A DNA stretch of 64,000 nt from an uncultured Sphaerobacteraceae bacterium (GCA_964526965.1 CAZGML010000007.1:14658-78657); one strand, 5' to 3'. Shown: positions 50,207 through 60,178, counted from the stretch's first letter. A program made the numbers and translations. Notes: generated from the sequence alone by a model not told the origin.

Positions 50207-51964
50207 TTAGTTCCCGCCTATGGGTGTTGGGGTATGAACGGGACCCGGGTCCTCATCCTGCTGTTCGCGGGTGTAATCCTCGAGCGTCCAGGCATCGCCG
50301 GCCGGATCCCATGCATCGTTGCCCAGAGTTACGACAATATCGTAACCATGATAACCATTCTCCGCAGCGAGATCATCGGCGGAATCGCCCCAGGTGATCG
50401 AATCGGAACCAACGCTGATCAATTCAGACACTAATGCACTTGTACCGAGGTTGCCCTCGATATCGATTATGGAAGAACGATCGTAGTTGCCTACATCTTC
50501 CGCGAGATCAACCGAAATCCGCCAGAACCCATTGTATTCGAGCACTGTGCCAACACGACCGGCGAGCCCGGTATTACGGGTTCCATTGATAATCAGGACT
50601 CTTGCACCGTAATCCGGATTCATGAAGGCCGCGCCAGGAGAGGAAACCTGATGGCCGACGAACTCTGAAAGAATCCCTTCCATAATCGGCCAATTCACCT
50701 GAAGGTAATAGATCCCGTTGGCTCCGTATTCTTCGTAAAGCGCGCTGGTGACCGAGAGTTGCGAGATGTTTTCACGTGGAACATCGAGTCCGAGTTGGGC
50801 GAGCTTGATGGCATCCGTAACAGAGATATCTGTGCGCACAGCGTCGCCGAATTCGGTGATAAGTCGTGGCAACTGTGTGATCAGATCGGCGTTGAGGTGT
50901 TGGTCTCGCAATGCGAGGAGCACCTGCTGCTGCCGGGCGGCGCGACTGGTATCGCCATCCTGGTGCCGTGTGCGCGCGTAGACGAGCGCCTCCTCGCCAT
51001 CCAGATGTTGCCAGCCGGCAGGGAAATAAATGCGCTTGTAATTGAAATCTTCGGCCGGGTAGGCGTTGTCGATGATCGGGTAGGGGACATCGACGTGAAT
51101 ACCACCGACCGTGTTGATCATGCGCGTAAAGCCATTGAAATCGATTTGCACAAAGGCATGGATCGGCACACCAAAGTTCGCCTCGATCGTGCGCACCATT
51201 AACCCGGCACCGCCTCCCTGGACATCGTTGTAATCACCCAGGGCAAAAGCGGCGTTGATTTTATCGATACCATATCCGGGGATAACGACCTTAACATCCC
51301 GCGGAATGGAAAGGATATTGGCCTGGCGCGTCTTGGGGTCGATATTCACCAGCATGATCGTATCGGTGCGGCTTGAACCGTCGGTGGCGGTGAGATCGGC
51401 GCCGAGCAGGAGGATCGTTATGCGATCCTCTCCGTTCCAATTCGAGATTGCGGATTCGGTCGGCCGCTGCACCAGTTCGGGTGTGCCCTCCGGGTTGAGC
51501 TGCGCGATCAACGACGACTCGTTGTGCTGGATGTCATCTACCTGCACGTTCCTGAGTGCCTGGAACCCGGAGTAGATCACAGGAGAGAGGGCGAGGAGCG
51601 CGACCATCATAACGATGGCGGGTACTCCCAAGAACGGCCAAAACCACTTCTTACGCGTCAGTCGCTTCCAGCGACTCGCGGTGCCCAGCCGGGAACGCTG
51701 CTGCGCCCTGGCGCGCTTTAAATCACGCGCGAGAGGTGTGTCGGACATGGGAAGGGCAGCGGCTGCACTCGATGAACCGGCCGAGGCACTTGCGGTGCTA
51801 CCGGTGGTGTTTGAGGTGCTGCGCCAGAGCTGCTGATAGCGCTCAGTACGCGAACGAGGACGAGGGCGTGAAGATGTTTCACGTGGAACACGTGAGCGTC
51901 GCACTCGACGTCGGAGATAGTGCGGGGTGGAGTGGTCGTGATTGGACGGGTCGCTGTCTGGCAT
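50207..51964 (-). CDS. LCP (LytR-CpsA-Psr) family cell-envelope phosphotransferase with LytR_C domain
   Basis: Arg/Ser-rich cytoplasmic tail and one TM segment. ITILLLGADL...SRTDTIMLVNIDPKTRQANILSIPRDV...DKINAAFALG is the LCP core. The C-terminal region is LytR_C-like. Confidence 0.9.
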   Translation of the reverse strand: MPDSDPSNHDHSTPHYLRRRVRRSRVPRETSSRPRPRSRTERYQQLWRSTSNTTGSTASASAGSSSAAAALPMSDTPLARDLKRARAQQRSRLGTASRWKRLTRKKWFWPFLGVPAIVMMVALLALSPVIYSGFQALRNVQVDDIQHNESSLIAQLNPEGTPELVQRPTESAISNWNGEDRITILLLGADLTATDGSSRTDTIMLVNIDPKTRQANILSIPRDVKVVIPGYGIDKINAAFALGDYNDVQGGGAGLMVRTIEANFGVPIHAFVQIDFNGFTRMINTVGGIHVDVPYPIIDNAYPAEDFNYKRIYFPAGWQHLDGEEALVYARTRHQDGDTSRAARQQQVLLALRDQHLNADLITQLPRLITEFGDAVRTDISVTDAIKLAQLGLDVPRENISQLSVTSALYEEYGANGIYYLQVNWPIMEGILSEFVGHQVSSPGAAFMNPDYGARVLIINGTRNTGLAGRVGTVLEYNGFWRISVDLAEDVGNYDRSSIIDIEGNLGTSALVSELISVGSDSITWGDSADDLAAENGYHGYDIVVTLGNDAWDPAGDAWTLEDYTREQQDEDPGPVHTPTPIGGN

Positions 51965-52111
51965 AGGTGAACATTTGAGACGAAGGCGAATCGATTAGCT
52001 GGAAGTCAGTCTAACATCTCGTCGATTGTCATCGTCTCGGACGGAGGAGGGGATGATCGTCGGCAGCGACCTTACGGCAGAAGGACGTCACCGTCCGCTT
52101 GGTCCGCAAAC

Positions 52112-52151
52112 AAAGAGCGGTGGTGTTTCATGTGAAACACCACCGCTCTTT
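52112..52151 (-). terminator. Strong terminator hairpin after ndk
   Basis: AAAGAGCGGTGGTGTTTCA and TGAAACACCACCGCTCTTT form a 19-bp perfect palindrome with T-tracts on both sides. Confidence 0.85.
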
Positions 52152-52178
52152 TCAGTCACTATCTACAATTCAACCGCA

Positions 52179-52640
52179 TTAGTCCTCGATGATCCACTCA
52201 TCCATTGTGCGGTTCCACTCAACGATTCCACCATCACCGAAGAAGATGTCGACTTCGCGCGCCGCGCTTTCAACTGAATCGGAAGCGTGGACGAGGTTTC
52301 GACCAATCGTAAGACCGAAGTCAGCCCGGATCGTGCCAGGATCCGCTTCGGACGGCTTGGTCGCACCGTTCATGGTGCGGATGATTCCAACTGCATCTGG
52401 TCCTTCAACAACCATCAGCACGCTCGGAGCACTGGTGATGTAGCTCACCAGGCCCTCGTAAAACGGCTTACCCTCGTGCTCGCCATAATGCTTGCTGGCC
52501 GTTTCCCGGGAAACGGTCTCGAACTTCATTGCGACGATCTTCAAGCCCCGCTTCTCGTACCGACTAACGATCTCGCCGATCAGTCCGCGCTGTACCGCAT
52601 CCGGTTTTACGATTACCAGTGAACGCTCGATATTTGCCAT
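52179..52640 (-). CDS. ndk: Nucleoside-diphosphate kinase
   Basis: Trimmed to the ATG at 52640. MANIERSLVIVKPDAVQRGLIGEIVSRYEKRGLKIVAMK...NLVHASDS (active-site His). Confidence 0.95.
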   Translation of the reverse strand: MANIERSLVIVKPDAVQRGLIGEIVSRYEKRGLKIVAMKFETVSRETASKHYGEHEGKPFYEGLVSYITSAPSVLMVVEGPDAVGIIRTMNGATKPSEADPGTIRADFGLTIGRNLVHASDSVESAAREVDIFFGDGGIVEWNRTMDEWIIED

Positions 52641-52883
52641 TGGATTTGCTCTCCAGCTCAAGGATGTTGCGAACCACTTCGTCCGCACGTCAATCGCATA
52701 GATTGTAGCACCGCACGGAGCAGCGAATTCGGACAGAAATTCGGCTGCCCCCAGGTGCGAGCGCAGGGTTGAAAGGTCGACAAGCGACCTTTCTATCAAT
52801 TGGAGTAAACTACTCGGCAGACCGTCATCGGTACCGATGGCTTTGAAATTGTGCGTTGAATTCCGTAAGCGAGTGACCAATTC

Positions 52884-53468
52884 ATGGTGTTATCAGACCG
52901 CGATATCCGGATCGCCCTCGAAGAGGGTCGCATCAAAATCGATCCCGCGCCGGATCTCGACAAGCAACTCGGTTCAATCTCCGTCGACTTCCGACTGGGG
53001 AACACCTTCATGGTGTTCGAGCACAGCCGATACAGCTATATCGACCCTCGTACCCCCCATTCAATCGGCGACGCCATGCGCACGATTCACGTGGACGACG
53101 ACGAATCGTTCATGATGCAACCCGGCGATTTTGCACTGGCCTCCACGAAGGAGTCGCTCGAACTGCCGAACGACCTTCTCGGTCGGCTTGAAGGTCGAAG
53201 CAGCATCGCCCGCCTTGGTATCACCGTGCACAGCACCGCTGCAGTATTTGAGCCAGGCTGGATCGGCACGGCCACCATGGAACTGAGCAATCTCGGCCGC
53301 ATGCCGGTGGCGCTGTACCCGGGCATGCGTATTTGTGCCTTCTCATTCCAGCAGCTCACGAGTCCGGTCATCACCCAGTACCGTGACAAGCCGAATAACA
53401 AGTACGCAGGACAAATGGATCCTCGCGCCAGCCAGTTGGCGGAGGAAAACAAGGCAGGAAACCCATAG
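52884..53468 (+). CDS. dcd: dCTP deaminase
   Basis: MVLSDRDIRIALEEGRIKIDP...GRLEGRSSIARLGITVH...GWIGTATMELSN is the Dcd pattern. Confidence 0.93.
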   Translation: MVLSDRDIRIALEEGRIKIDPAPDLDKQLGSISVDFRLGNTFMVFEHSRYSYIDPRTPHSIGDAMRTIHVDDDESFMMQPGDFALASTKESLELPNDLLGRLEGRSSIARLGITVHSTAAVFEPGWIGTATMELSNLGRMPVALYPGMRICAFSFQQLTSPVITQYRDKPNNKYAGQMDPRASQLAEENKAGNP

Positions 53469-53491
53469 TCAGTAAAGGGAGTAGGTGAGCA

Positions 53492-53872
53492 ATGAGCAAC
53501 CTGGCAGAAATCCGCAATCGGTTCATCCCGATCCTCAATGTGACCGCAGATCAATACAAGGGCCGCGTTCCAGCCGGATACCCGAATCTTGTCGACGATG
53601 TGGAGGGCGGCACCCTGGGGCTGGAGCTCGATCCAAGTTACGGTGTTTACGTAACTCAGGATGAAGAGGGGCTGTTCGCGGAAATGTACAAGCGAAGCCC
53701 CCGAATCGATAACCGCGGCTACGCCAGCTACCAGAAGTATGCAGGCCAGCCAGTGCACGACCGGCGACCGCTGGAAAGTATCCCTACAGATCAGGAGCTC
53801 CGCAATCTGGTAGCAGAGTTGAAGCAGGCATTTAACACTCAGCCTGGCATCATCTACATCACAGACGACTAA
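53492..53872 (+). CDS. Hypothetical protein (126 aa), probably co-transcribed with dcd
   Basis: Begins 23 nt after dcd. GC3-biased. A 19-bp hairpin terminator follows. No family recognised. Confidence 0.6.
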   Translation: MSNLAEIRNRFIPILNVTADQYKGRVPAGYPNLVDDVEGGTLGLELDPSYGVYVTQDEEGLFAEMYKRSPRIDNRGYASYQKYAGQPVHDRRPLESIPTDQELRNLVAELKQAFNTQPGIIYITDD

Positions 53873-53911
53873 TAGCCCGAGCCTGACAAGAACGACAACG
53901 CTTCGTTAATC

Positions 53912-53955
53912 AGATGGAAACGCGCTCTCATTTTAGTGAGAGCGCGTTTCCATCT
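53912..53955. terminator. Bidirectional terminator between convergent genes
   Basis: AGATGGAAACGCGCTCTCA, loop ttttag, TGAGAGCGCGTTTCCATCT (19-bp perfect stem). Confidence 0.85.
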
Positions 53956-54005
53956 CATACGTCGGTTAAGCGTAGTTAGCCAATGATATTACGAGATAAT
54001 CGTAT

Positions 54006-54671
54006 CTATTCGGTCAGATCGGTATCCCTCGCACCCAGTAATGAGAGATGGTCAAGCCAGGGCGTTGGATCGGAAGACCAATCCAGGGAGAGGACCTGCG
54101 CCCGCGAGCGTCTGCCAGTGAGCAACCGGGTCGCCTCGAAGCTGCTCATTTCAACGGTTGCCTGCACAGGCATTTCACCCATAATCAAGGGTTTACTGTT
54201 TGTCCGTACCTGTATTGCGGGCAAACCAATATTTTTGAAATGAGAATCTCCCCAGGCTGCCATCACGTGCAACGTTGCCGCGACCCGACTATCATTTCGA
54301 GCACCCTGGTTACCCAGCGCGCCACGAGCATCGAACTCATGCGTCACGATGTCCGGCAGAAGTTGATCACCCATCCGGCGGAACACCGGACCGGCCTGGT
54401 CCAAAGATGCCCGCCATGCCGATTTGATCGCCTCGATATGACTATCGCGGAACCGCTCTACCTGGGCGTTGGTCCATTCTGGCCCCGGCGCACCAACCGT
54501 ATTTCCAGCGATGAAATCCTGCATCACCCCGGTGACATGCGCGAGCAAATCGTGCAGCGACCATCCGGGACATGCTGGAACGGTCAAATGCTCGTTCTCG
54601 GCGGTGATCAGATCACACATCGCCTCGTGCGATTCACGATAGTACCGTTCGGCTGTGGATGAATCCGTCAC
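54006..54671 (-). CDS. Maleylpyruvate-isomerase-N-terminal-domain / TIGR03083-type DinB-like protein
   Basis: Probable GTG start at 54671 (AAAGGA upstream). LTVPACPGWSLHDLLAHVTGVMQDF is the family signature. The track ORF begins at 54698. Confidence 0.72.
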   Translation of the reverse strand: MTDSSTAERYYRESHEAMCDLITAENEHLTVPACPGWSLHDLLAHVTGVMQDFIAGNTVGAPGPEWTNAQVERFRDSHIEAIKSAWRASLDQAGPVFRRMGDQLLPDIVTHEFDARGALGNQGARNDSRVAATLHVMAAWGDSHFKNIGLPAIQVRTNSKPLIMGEMPVQATVEMSSFEATRLLTGRRSRAQVLSLDWSSDPTPWLDHLSLLGARDTDLTE

Positions 54672-54891
54672 GCGACGTCCTTTCAAGCAGTGCTGCAATA
54701 ACAGCCATTATGGCTTATGAGCCGAGGTGTTCGCCGGCTACGTTATCATGTCCTTACTAAAAATAATGTCGATACAGCGATCAGCTCGATCGAGGACGAC
54801 CCGTGACCATGCACCGTTAGCGCACGCTTGCATCTCGCATTTCCTCCAGAAAGGATGAAAGAGAGCTCCGCGTCAGCAGACTGATCCAGGT

Positions 54892-56451
54892 TTAGTCCAC
54901 GATGAAAGAGGGCAGCTTTTCATTTTCAGGCAAGAGAGTGGAAATCGTTTCCAGTGTTGATTCGACGGACGGAAGATAGCCATGTTGTCGCAGCCAAATG
55001 GAATGGTTCCGTTCGGCCTGCTGCCAATATTGGATCCCCTCTCGCACACGTTCAATCATGTCTGGGATGAGCGCGTCGATAGACGGATCATCGACCTGCC
55101 GTTTGGCGATGAGCAAGCTGGCCAGAACACTCACATTATTTTGAAAGCGGACGTCAGCGTTGTTGTGAGCATCAGATGACGCTTCAGGCCTGGCCTCTTC
55201 CAGCCAGGTAAGAAATCCCGAAGTCAACAGGCTCGAGTCCGCGCTTTCCATCGCTTCACTAGCCAATAACAACCACCGCCATGTTTCCGCCCGCCAGGCG
55301 GACTGATCCACGCTCACTGGCCGAGGAGCAGGTCGAGTTCGACGATGCATCAGGAGTTCCGCATTTCCGGCGAGGAACCGTCCTTCATGTTCAGACACTT
55401 CCTCGTAACTAATGCTTGTCATGTCCTCAATCGCACGAGCCTTACTCAAGACCATACGGCGGGCGTTGGGCTGGATATTGTAAATCAGGCTAATAGACTG
55501 CAGGTTTGCACGAGATACCGCGTCATAAACTTCAGTGGATTGCCACGTGTAGTACTGACTTTCAGCACTTATGATGTCCGTTTTCTGAAGCGCTGCTCCC
55601 AGCACAATACGCATCAAATCCTGTGCTTTGGATCGCAACTCACGGTCACCTGTCTCCTTGGCAGCTCGTGCATATACCAATGCCATGGCGGCATTTTGCG
55701 GCATACATTTCTCGAAGTAGGGGATAACCCAGGTTTCATCACGGGTTTGCGGATGAAACGATGCCTCGAGCTGATCACGGATCCCTTTATCCCAAATGGT
55801 GGAGAGCGTGTGCAAAAGCCAAGAATCGTCTCCGCCTAATCGATCGCTCTCTTCCAATAGTCGGTATGGATGTAGGTGTCGTGGAAACTCTTTGAAACCG
55901 CCGGCCTCGAAATCCTTCTCAAGTTTGGCGGGGCCTGTTTCCAATTCACCTTTCACGCGTTTCCATTCATCGGCAAAAGACTGCGGATCTTCGCTCCACT
56001 GATCCGCGAGTGATTGCAGAAGTGACGCTGTGGTGGGCACCTCAGGCTGGCGATTTTCAGGTCCCATGAAGGTGATAGCAAACGCCGGGTGCAACTGTGG
56101 AGATAACGCAGCGAGTATCGGCAATCCACCATATCCGCCCTGGTATCGGGCCAGCGCAGCAAGCATGGCCGTCATAGAAGGTTCAGCAAGAGGGTCAATC
56201 AATACCGGCACGAAGTTGTCGGTTAAAAGCTGCCGCGTCGCTTCTTCCTCAAGCTCTCGCGATAGCAGGTGCGCACCTGTGGACCACGGCGCCACAACGA
56301 CTGCGAAGATCGGACGGTTCGATTCTGTAGCAACCGCCTCCGCTGCATTTAGCGTTTGCCAATTAAGCGCCTTATGGATGTCAGGCATTGCATCGGAGTA
56401 GTTGGTCGGGGCCGGTTCAAGACGGATGTGTGGCGAGTTTTTTGTGTGCAC
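54892..56451 (-). CDS. DUF255/YyaL-like thioredoxin-fold plus (alpha/alpha)6-like protein lacking the CxxC
   Basis: NRPIFAVVVAPWSTGAHLLSRELEEEATRQLLTDNFVPVLIDPLAEP...GGYGGLPILAALSP is colinear with the YyaL KPVLVSIGYSTCHWCHVM...FVAIKVDREERPD...GQGGWPLNVF. The start codon is uncertain (GTG at 56451 with a weak RBS). Confidence 0.65.
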   Translation of the reverse strand: MHTKNSPHIRLEPAPTNYSDAMPDIHKALNWQTLNAAEAVATESNRPIFAVVVAPWSTGAHLLSRELEEEATRQLLTDNFVPVLIDPLAEPSMTAMLAALARYQGGYGGLPILAALSPQLHPAFAITFMGPENRQPEVPTTASLLQSLADQWSEDPQSFADEWKRVKGELETGPAKLEKDFEAGGFKEFPRHLHPYRLLEESDRLGGDDSWLLHTLSTIWDKGIRDQLEASFHPQTRDETWVIPYFEKCMPQNAAMALVYARAAKETGDRELRSKAQDLMRIVLGAALQKTDIISAESQYYTWQSTEVYDAVSRANLQSISLIYNIQPNARRMVLSKARAIEDMTSISYEEVSEHEGRFLAGNAELLMHRRTRPAPRPVSVDQSAWRAETWRWLLLASEAMESADSSLLTSGFLTWLEEARPEASSDAHNNADVRFQNNVSVLASLLIAKRQVDDPSIDALIPDMIERVREGIQYWQQAERNHSIWLRQHGYLPSVESTLETISTLLPENEKLPSFIVD

Positions 56452-56530
56452 GCTCTTTTCCCGTTTACAAGCAAGACGCCCGGATTACGTTGCATCCGGG
56501 CGCCCGGCACTGTCATTCGTCTTCTCGGTT

Positions 56531-58282
56531 CTAGGTAAATGCCTCAGAATCCGAGAAGTCGATCTTGTTATTTATGACTGCATCTGCGGTCCAGTAAGCC
56601 AGCGTCCAGATGGTTTGAGTCGGGTTGTGACCAGACATGGTTGGCATGAGGCCACCGCCACCAACCAGGATATTCGGCACGCTCCACATTTGCCCGTACT
56701 TGTTCGTAACGGACATCGTTGGATCATCGCCCATGCGCAGCCCGCCAGTATCGTGCGTCATGGCACCGGTCGCAATAGCTGACGGTCGGCCCCACACCTC
56801 GGTGGCGCCAGCAGCCTGCATGATCTCGGTACCACGCTCATACATGAACTCAGCCATGCGCTGCTCGTTCTGTTTGGCCTGCCGCTGGATACGCAGGGCC
56901 GGAACTCCGTACTGGTCTACGTAGTTCGGATCCAGGTCCATGTAACTCGATTCGTAAGGCATTGGCTCAGAGAGAATCTGAAGCGTCATCATTCGGTTCA
57001 GGTTCTCGGAGAAGAACTCCTTGTATTGCCGTCCCCACGTTGGAACTTCGGGCGGTCGCAGGTGATAGCTCTCGAGCGGGTTACGCTGACTCGGTGAACC
57101 AATGAATGAACCTCGAATGAAGAATTTCTCCGGGTCCAGGTTCATTTTCATCTCGGCATGGTTCTCGCCATTGAAATCGTCGATTCCCTGGCGCTGAACC
57201 GCCGGAGCCGCATAGCCATTGAGGAAACGATCACCGAAGACAGCAGTGACCGAAGAGCCAGCGCGGTTCATAAAGTACTTACCGACCTGGCCATTTCCAT
57301 CGAGACCGGAGTGCAGCAGCAAACGAACGTTACCAAAGCTGTAGGAGCCAAGGTAGAAGAAATCCGCTGGCTGAGTGTGCAACTCACCAGTTACGAGATC
57401 AACGTAATCAACTGAAACAGCGCGTCCATTCTCGTGGTTAATCTTCAGCACGTGAGCCTGAGAACGCAGCTCGAAGTTGCCAGAATCCTCGGCGGTTGGC
57501 AGGTGTACTGCCAGGGAACTGCCCTTGGAGTGGTTCCAGCAACCATGCGAAGTACAGAACGGGCAGTAGCTGCACGCGGCACGTTCAACCCCATCCGGGT
57601 TGGTGTACGGCTCGGTTGTGATCGCTGTGGGGACGTGGAAAGGCTGCAGTCCGAGCTCAAGTGCGCCCTCTCGGAAGGTGAGGTCGACCGCATTATCGCG
57701 GAGCGGACGCATTGGGTAGTCCTTTTGGCGCGGGGCTTCGAAAGGATTGCCTTCATCCGGATTTACCGGGCGAATATCGCCCTGGATGTTCCCGGGGAAG
57801 CCACCAACACCAACGTACTCCTCGGTCTTCTCGTAGAACGGCTCAAGATCGTCGTACGTGATGGGCCAATCCTGGATGTTGGCGCCATCCTCTTCGAGGT
57901 GGGCGAGTTGCTCGGAATCGTACATTTCCTCGATGGTCGACTTTATGTGGAAATCATCCTCGTAGAATCGCCACGACTGACCCGACCAGTGGACTGAGGC
58001 ACCACCTACTGTGCTGGCACCGATATGACGTATTGGCTGGGCAACTTCATCTTCTGATCCCCGGAACGTCAACGGGAATTCACTGATGGTTGGCACCATC
58101 TCCGAACGGGTCGCATATCGCAGCGTATCAAACTGTGAAGGGGCAAAATCTGGTAGGTCGCGATATTCACCACGTTCCAGGGCGAGAACTGAATATCCCG
58201 CTTTGGCAAGCTCTGCAGACATTGGACCGGATGCAGCTCCGTAACCAATGAGAACCACATCCTTTTTGGGAAGCGTTGACAT
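56531..58282 (-). CDS. GMC family FAD-dependent oxidoreductase (dehydrogenase large subunit)
   Basis: Start at the ATG at 58282. KDVVLIGYGAASGPMSAELAKAGYSVLALERG is the FAD fold. C-terminal HDTGGLRMG...GGGLMPT is the GMC pattern. Confidence 0.9.
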   Translation of the reverse strand: MSTLPKKDVVLIGYGAASGPMSAELAKAGYSVLALERGEYRDLPDFAPSQFDTLRYATRSEMVPTISEFPLTFRGSEDEVAQPIRHIGASTVGGASVHWSGQSWRFYEDDFHIKSTIEEMYDSEQLAHLEEDGANIQDWPITYDDLEPFYEKTEEYVGVGGFPGNIQGDIRPVNPDEGNPFEAPRQKDYPMRPLRDNAVDLTFREGALELGLQPFHVPTAITTEPYTNPDGVERAACSYCPFCTSHGCWNHSKGSSLAVHLPTAEDSGNFELRSQAHVLKINHENGRAVSVDYVDLVTGELHTQPADFFYLGSYSFGNVRLLLHSGLDGNGQVGKYFMNRAGSSVTAVFGDRFLNGYAAPAVQRQGIDDFNGENHAEMKMNLDPEKFFIRGSFIGSPSQRNPLESYHLRPPEVPTWGRQYKEFFSENLNRMMTLQILSEPMPYESSYMDLDPNYVDQYGVPALRIQRQAKQNEQRMAEFMYERGTEIMQAAGATEVWGRPSAIATGAMTHDTGGLRMGDDPTMSVTNKYGQMWSVPNILVGGGGLMPTMSGHNPTQTIWTLAYWTADAVINNKIDFSDSEAFT

Positions 58283-58310
58283 GGAGTATCTCCAATCTAC
58301 GTGTTGAGGA

Positions 58311-59144
58311 CTAAAGGTCCGCAATACTCTGGAACGGAAGATTGAGCGGTTCGAAGGACTGCTGCTGCTCTTCCGTGTATACGACGTACGGGCCCGGATA
58401 TCCTACCGCTGCCCAGCCGGCGAAGTCGCGGTTGCCACCGTGGACAGGATCTGAGAAAAGGCCTTCCATAACGTGCACACGTACGATGTCGAGGAAGGCC
58501 TGGAGATTGGGCACATTGGAAGGTGACGTACCAGGTACCATCACGCCATCGATAAACCGCACGGATCCACCTGATCCATCGTCCTCATCGGCTACATCGG
58601 GAGTGGCGACAGCCTCGTCAGCAGGCGTTGCCTGCATGGGTGTAGCGGAACCTCCACCCGCGCTGGTGGCTTCCGGGCCACCAGTTGCTATGAGTGCATG
58701 ACCTGAGCGAGAGACGTCTGATCCGGAAATCATTCCCAGATCGCCATCAAACGCCCGGGTGACGATATCAACTTGCTGGTCGAACTCAAGCGCAGCAAAT
58801 GCGTCTCCATGGGCCTGCTGGGAAGCAAAATCGAGCCATTCGAGGCCCGAGGTGTAGACCTGCTGATAATCCCGATACGGACCAGCAACGGCCCGGTCGA
58901 TGTAATACATCACCCCGGCCTCGCGTCCGCCAGCAGAGTCTTCCGTCTCTGGCCACATTACCTCAGCCAGTGCAGCAATTGTTTCTGCCTGCCCCTGGTG
59001 AAAAAAAAGGCGGCCGGACGTCTGCTCCTGGGCAGAAACATCAAATGATGCTGCCCGGGACATGATTCCAGCCGCGAATGCGCTACTACTTCCAACTATA
59101 AGTTTTCTTCGATTCATCTCGAGGGATGTGAATCGTTTCGCCAC
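58311..59144 (-). CDS. Gluconate 2-dehydrogenase subunit 3 family protein (Tat-exported small subunit)
   Basis: GTG start at 59144 after GAGGAGG. Tat motif NRRKLIVGSSSAFAAGIMS. Lies directly upstream of the GMC gene. Confidence 0.78.
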   Translation of the reverse strand: MAKRFTSLEMNRRKLIVGSSSAFAAGIMSRAASFDVSAQEQTSGRLFFHQGQAETIAALAEVMWPETEDSAGGREAGVMYYIDRAVAGPYRDYQQVYTSGLEWLDFASQQAHGDAFAALEFDQQVDIVTRAFDGDLGMISGSDVSRSGHALIATGGPEATSAGGGSATPMQATPADEAVATPDVADEDDGSGGSVRFIDGVMVPGTSPSNVPNLQAFLDIVRVHVMEGLFSDPVHGGNRDFAGWAAVGYPGPYVVYTEEQQQSFEPLNLPFQSIADL

Positions 59145-59324
59145 GGCAATACCTCCTCGCTGTTGGCTTACAAGCTTGCCCTGCTCAAATTCCTGCCAGT
59201 AGTGCTAGCTGGCAAAGACCTAGACTGGGGTACTTGTTGTAAGCCCACATTAGCGAGAAGGGTTTTTCCTGTCAACACAGGCTATCTGCAAGGGTTACTG
59301 TATCTCAACAGCAAATAAAGGCAG

Positions 59325-59340
59325 TTCGTGCTTTCACGAA
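59325..59340 (-). terminator. Weak terminator candidate after ubiE
   Basis: On the minus strand: TTCGTG, loop aaag, CACGAA, followed by CTGCCTTTATTTG. Confidence 0.4.
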
Positions 59341-59420
59341 ATTGAAAGTGGCGACATTCGTCCCGCTATTACAAATTCCTGAAAATATACAGACATAACA
59401 GACACGTATAGCTCACGGGA

Positions 59421-60164
59421 TTAACATTTTTTTAACGGTTTCACGCCGATGTGCAGCGCGACGCTGCCGAATCCAAGCAGGCTGTACTTCACATCTACCA
59501 GGCCGGCTTCGCGGAAAATTTCTGCAAGTTCGTCGGCATCGGGGAAGTTCTTCACGCTCTCGGGAAGGTACTTGTATGCCTCATATTCGCCGGTAAGCAC
59601 CTTGCCGATCAGCGGCAATACGTTGATGAAGTAGAAGTTGAATGGAATCTTGAGGATCGGTCGATGATAGGGCGTTGCTTCCAGGCAGATGACCTTGCCG
59701 CCCGGCTTCACAATACGCGCCATTTCCTTCACGCCGTCAGTGTAGTTCGGCAGGTTACGCATACCAAAGCTGATCGTGGCTGCGCTGGCTTTTTCGTCGT
59801 CGAAGGGCATGTCCATCGCATCACCCTCTACAAAATTGACCTCGCTACTGCGCTTCTCTGCCTTGCGCCGGGCCTCGGCAATCATACCGCTGCTGTAATC
59901 GATTCCGGTTACCAGCGGAACACCAACGCGTTCGAGCTCAAAAGCGACATCCCCCGTACCACAGGCCACATCAACAACGAAGTCGCTCAGCTCGCCGTTC
60001 TGCAATGTGCGGGCCTGCTTCGCCATCATTCTCCGCCAGCGGAAATCCATGCCGAAGGTCATGATGTGGTTCATGAGGTCGTACCGGGGCACGATCGTAT
60101 CGAACATCTCCTGTACATCGTCCTTTTCGGAAATCGCGCCGGATTGTGGTTGCTGGGATGACAT
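59421..60164 (-). CDS. ubiE: Demethylmenaquinone/ubiquinone methyltransferase
   Basis: ATG at 60164 after GGAGGAACCC. VQEMFDTIVPRYDLMNHIMTFGMDFRWRR, VDVACGTGD, ISFGMRNLPN. Confidence 0.92.
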   Translation of the reverse strand: MSSQQPQSGAISEKDDVQEMFDTIVPRYDLMNHIMTFGMDFRWRRMMAKQARTLQNGELSDFVVDVACGTGDVAFELERVGVPLVTGIDYSSGMIAEARRKAEKRSSEVNFVEGDAMDMPFDDEKASAATISFGMRNLPNYTDGVKEMARIVKPGGKVICLEATPYHRPILKIPFNFYFINVLPLIGKVLTGEYEAYKYLPESVKNFPDADELAEIFREAGLVDVKYSLLGFGSVALHIGVKPLKKC

Positions 60165-60178
60165 GGGTTCCTCCGAAA

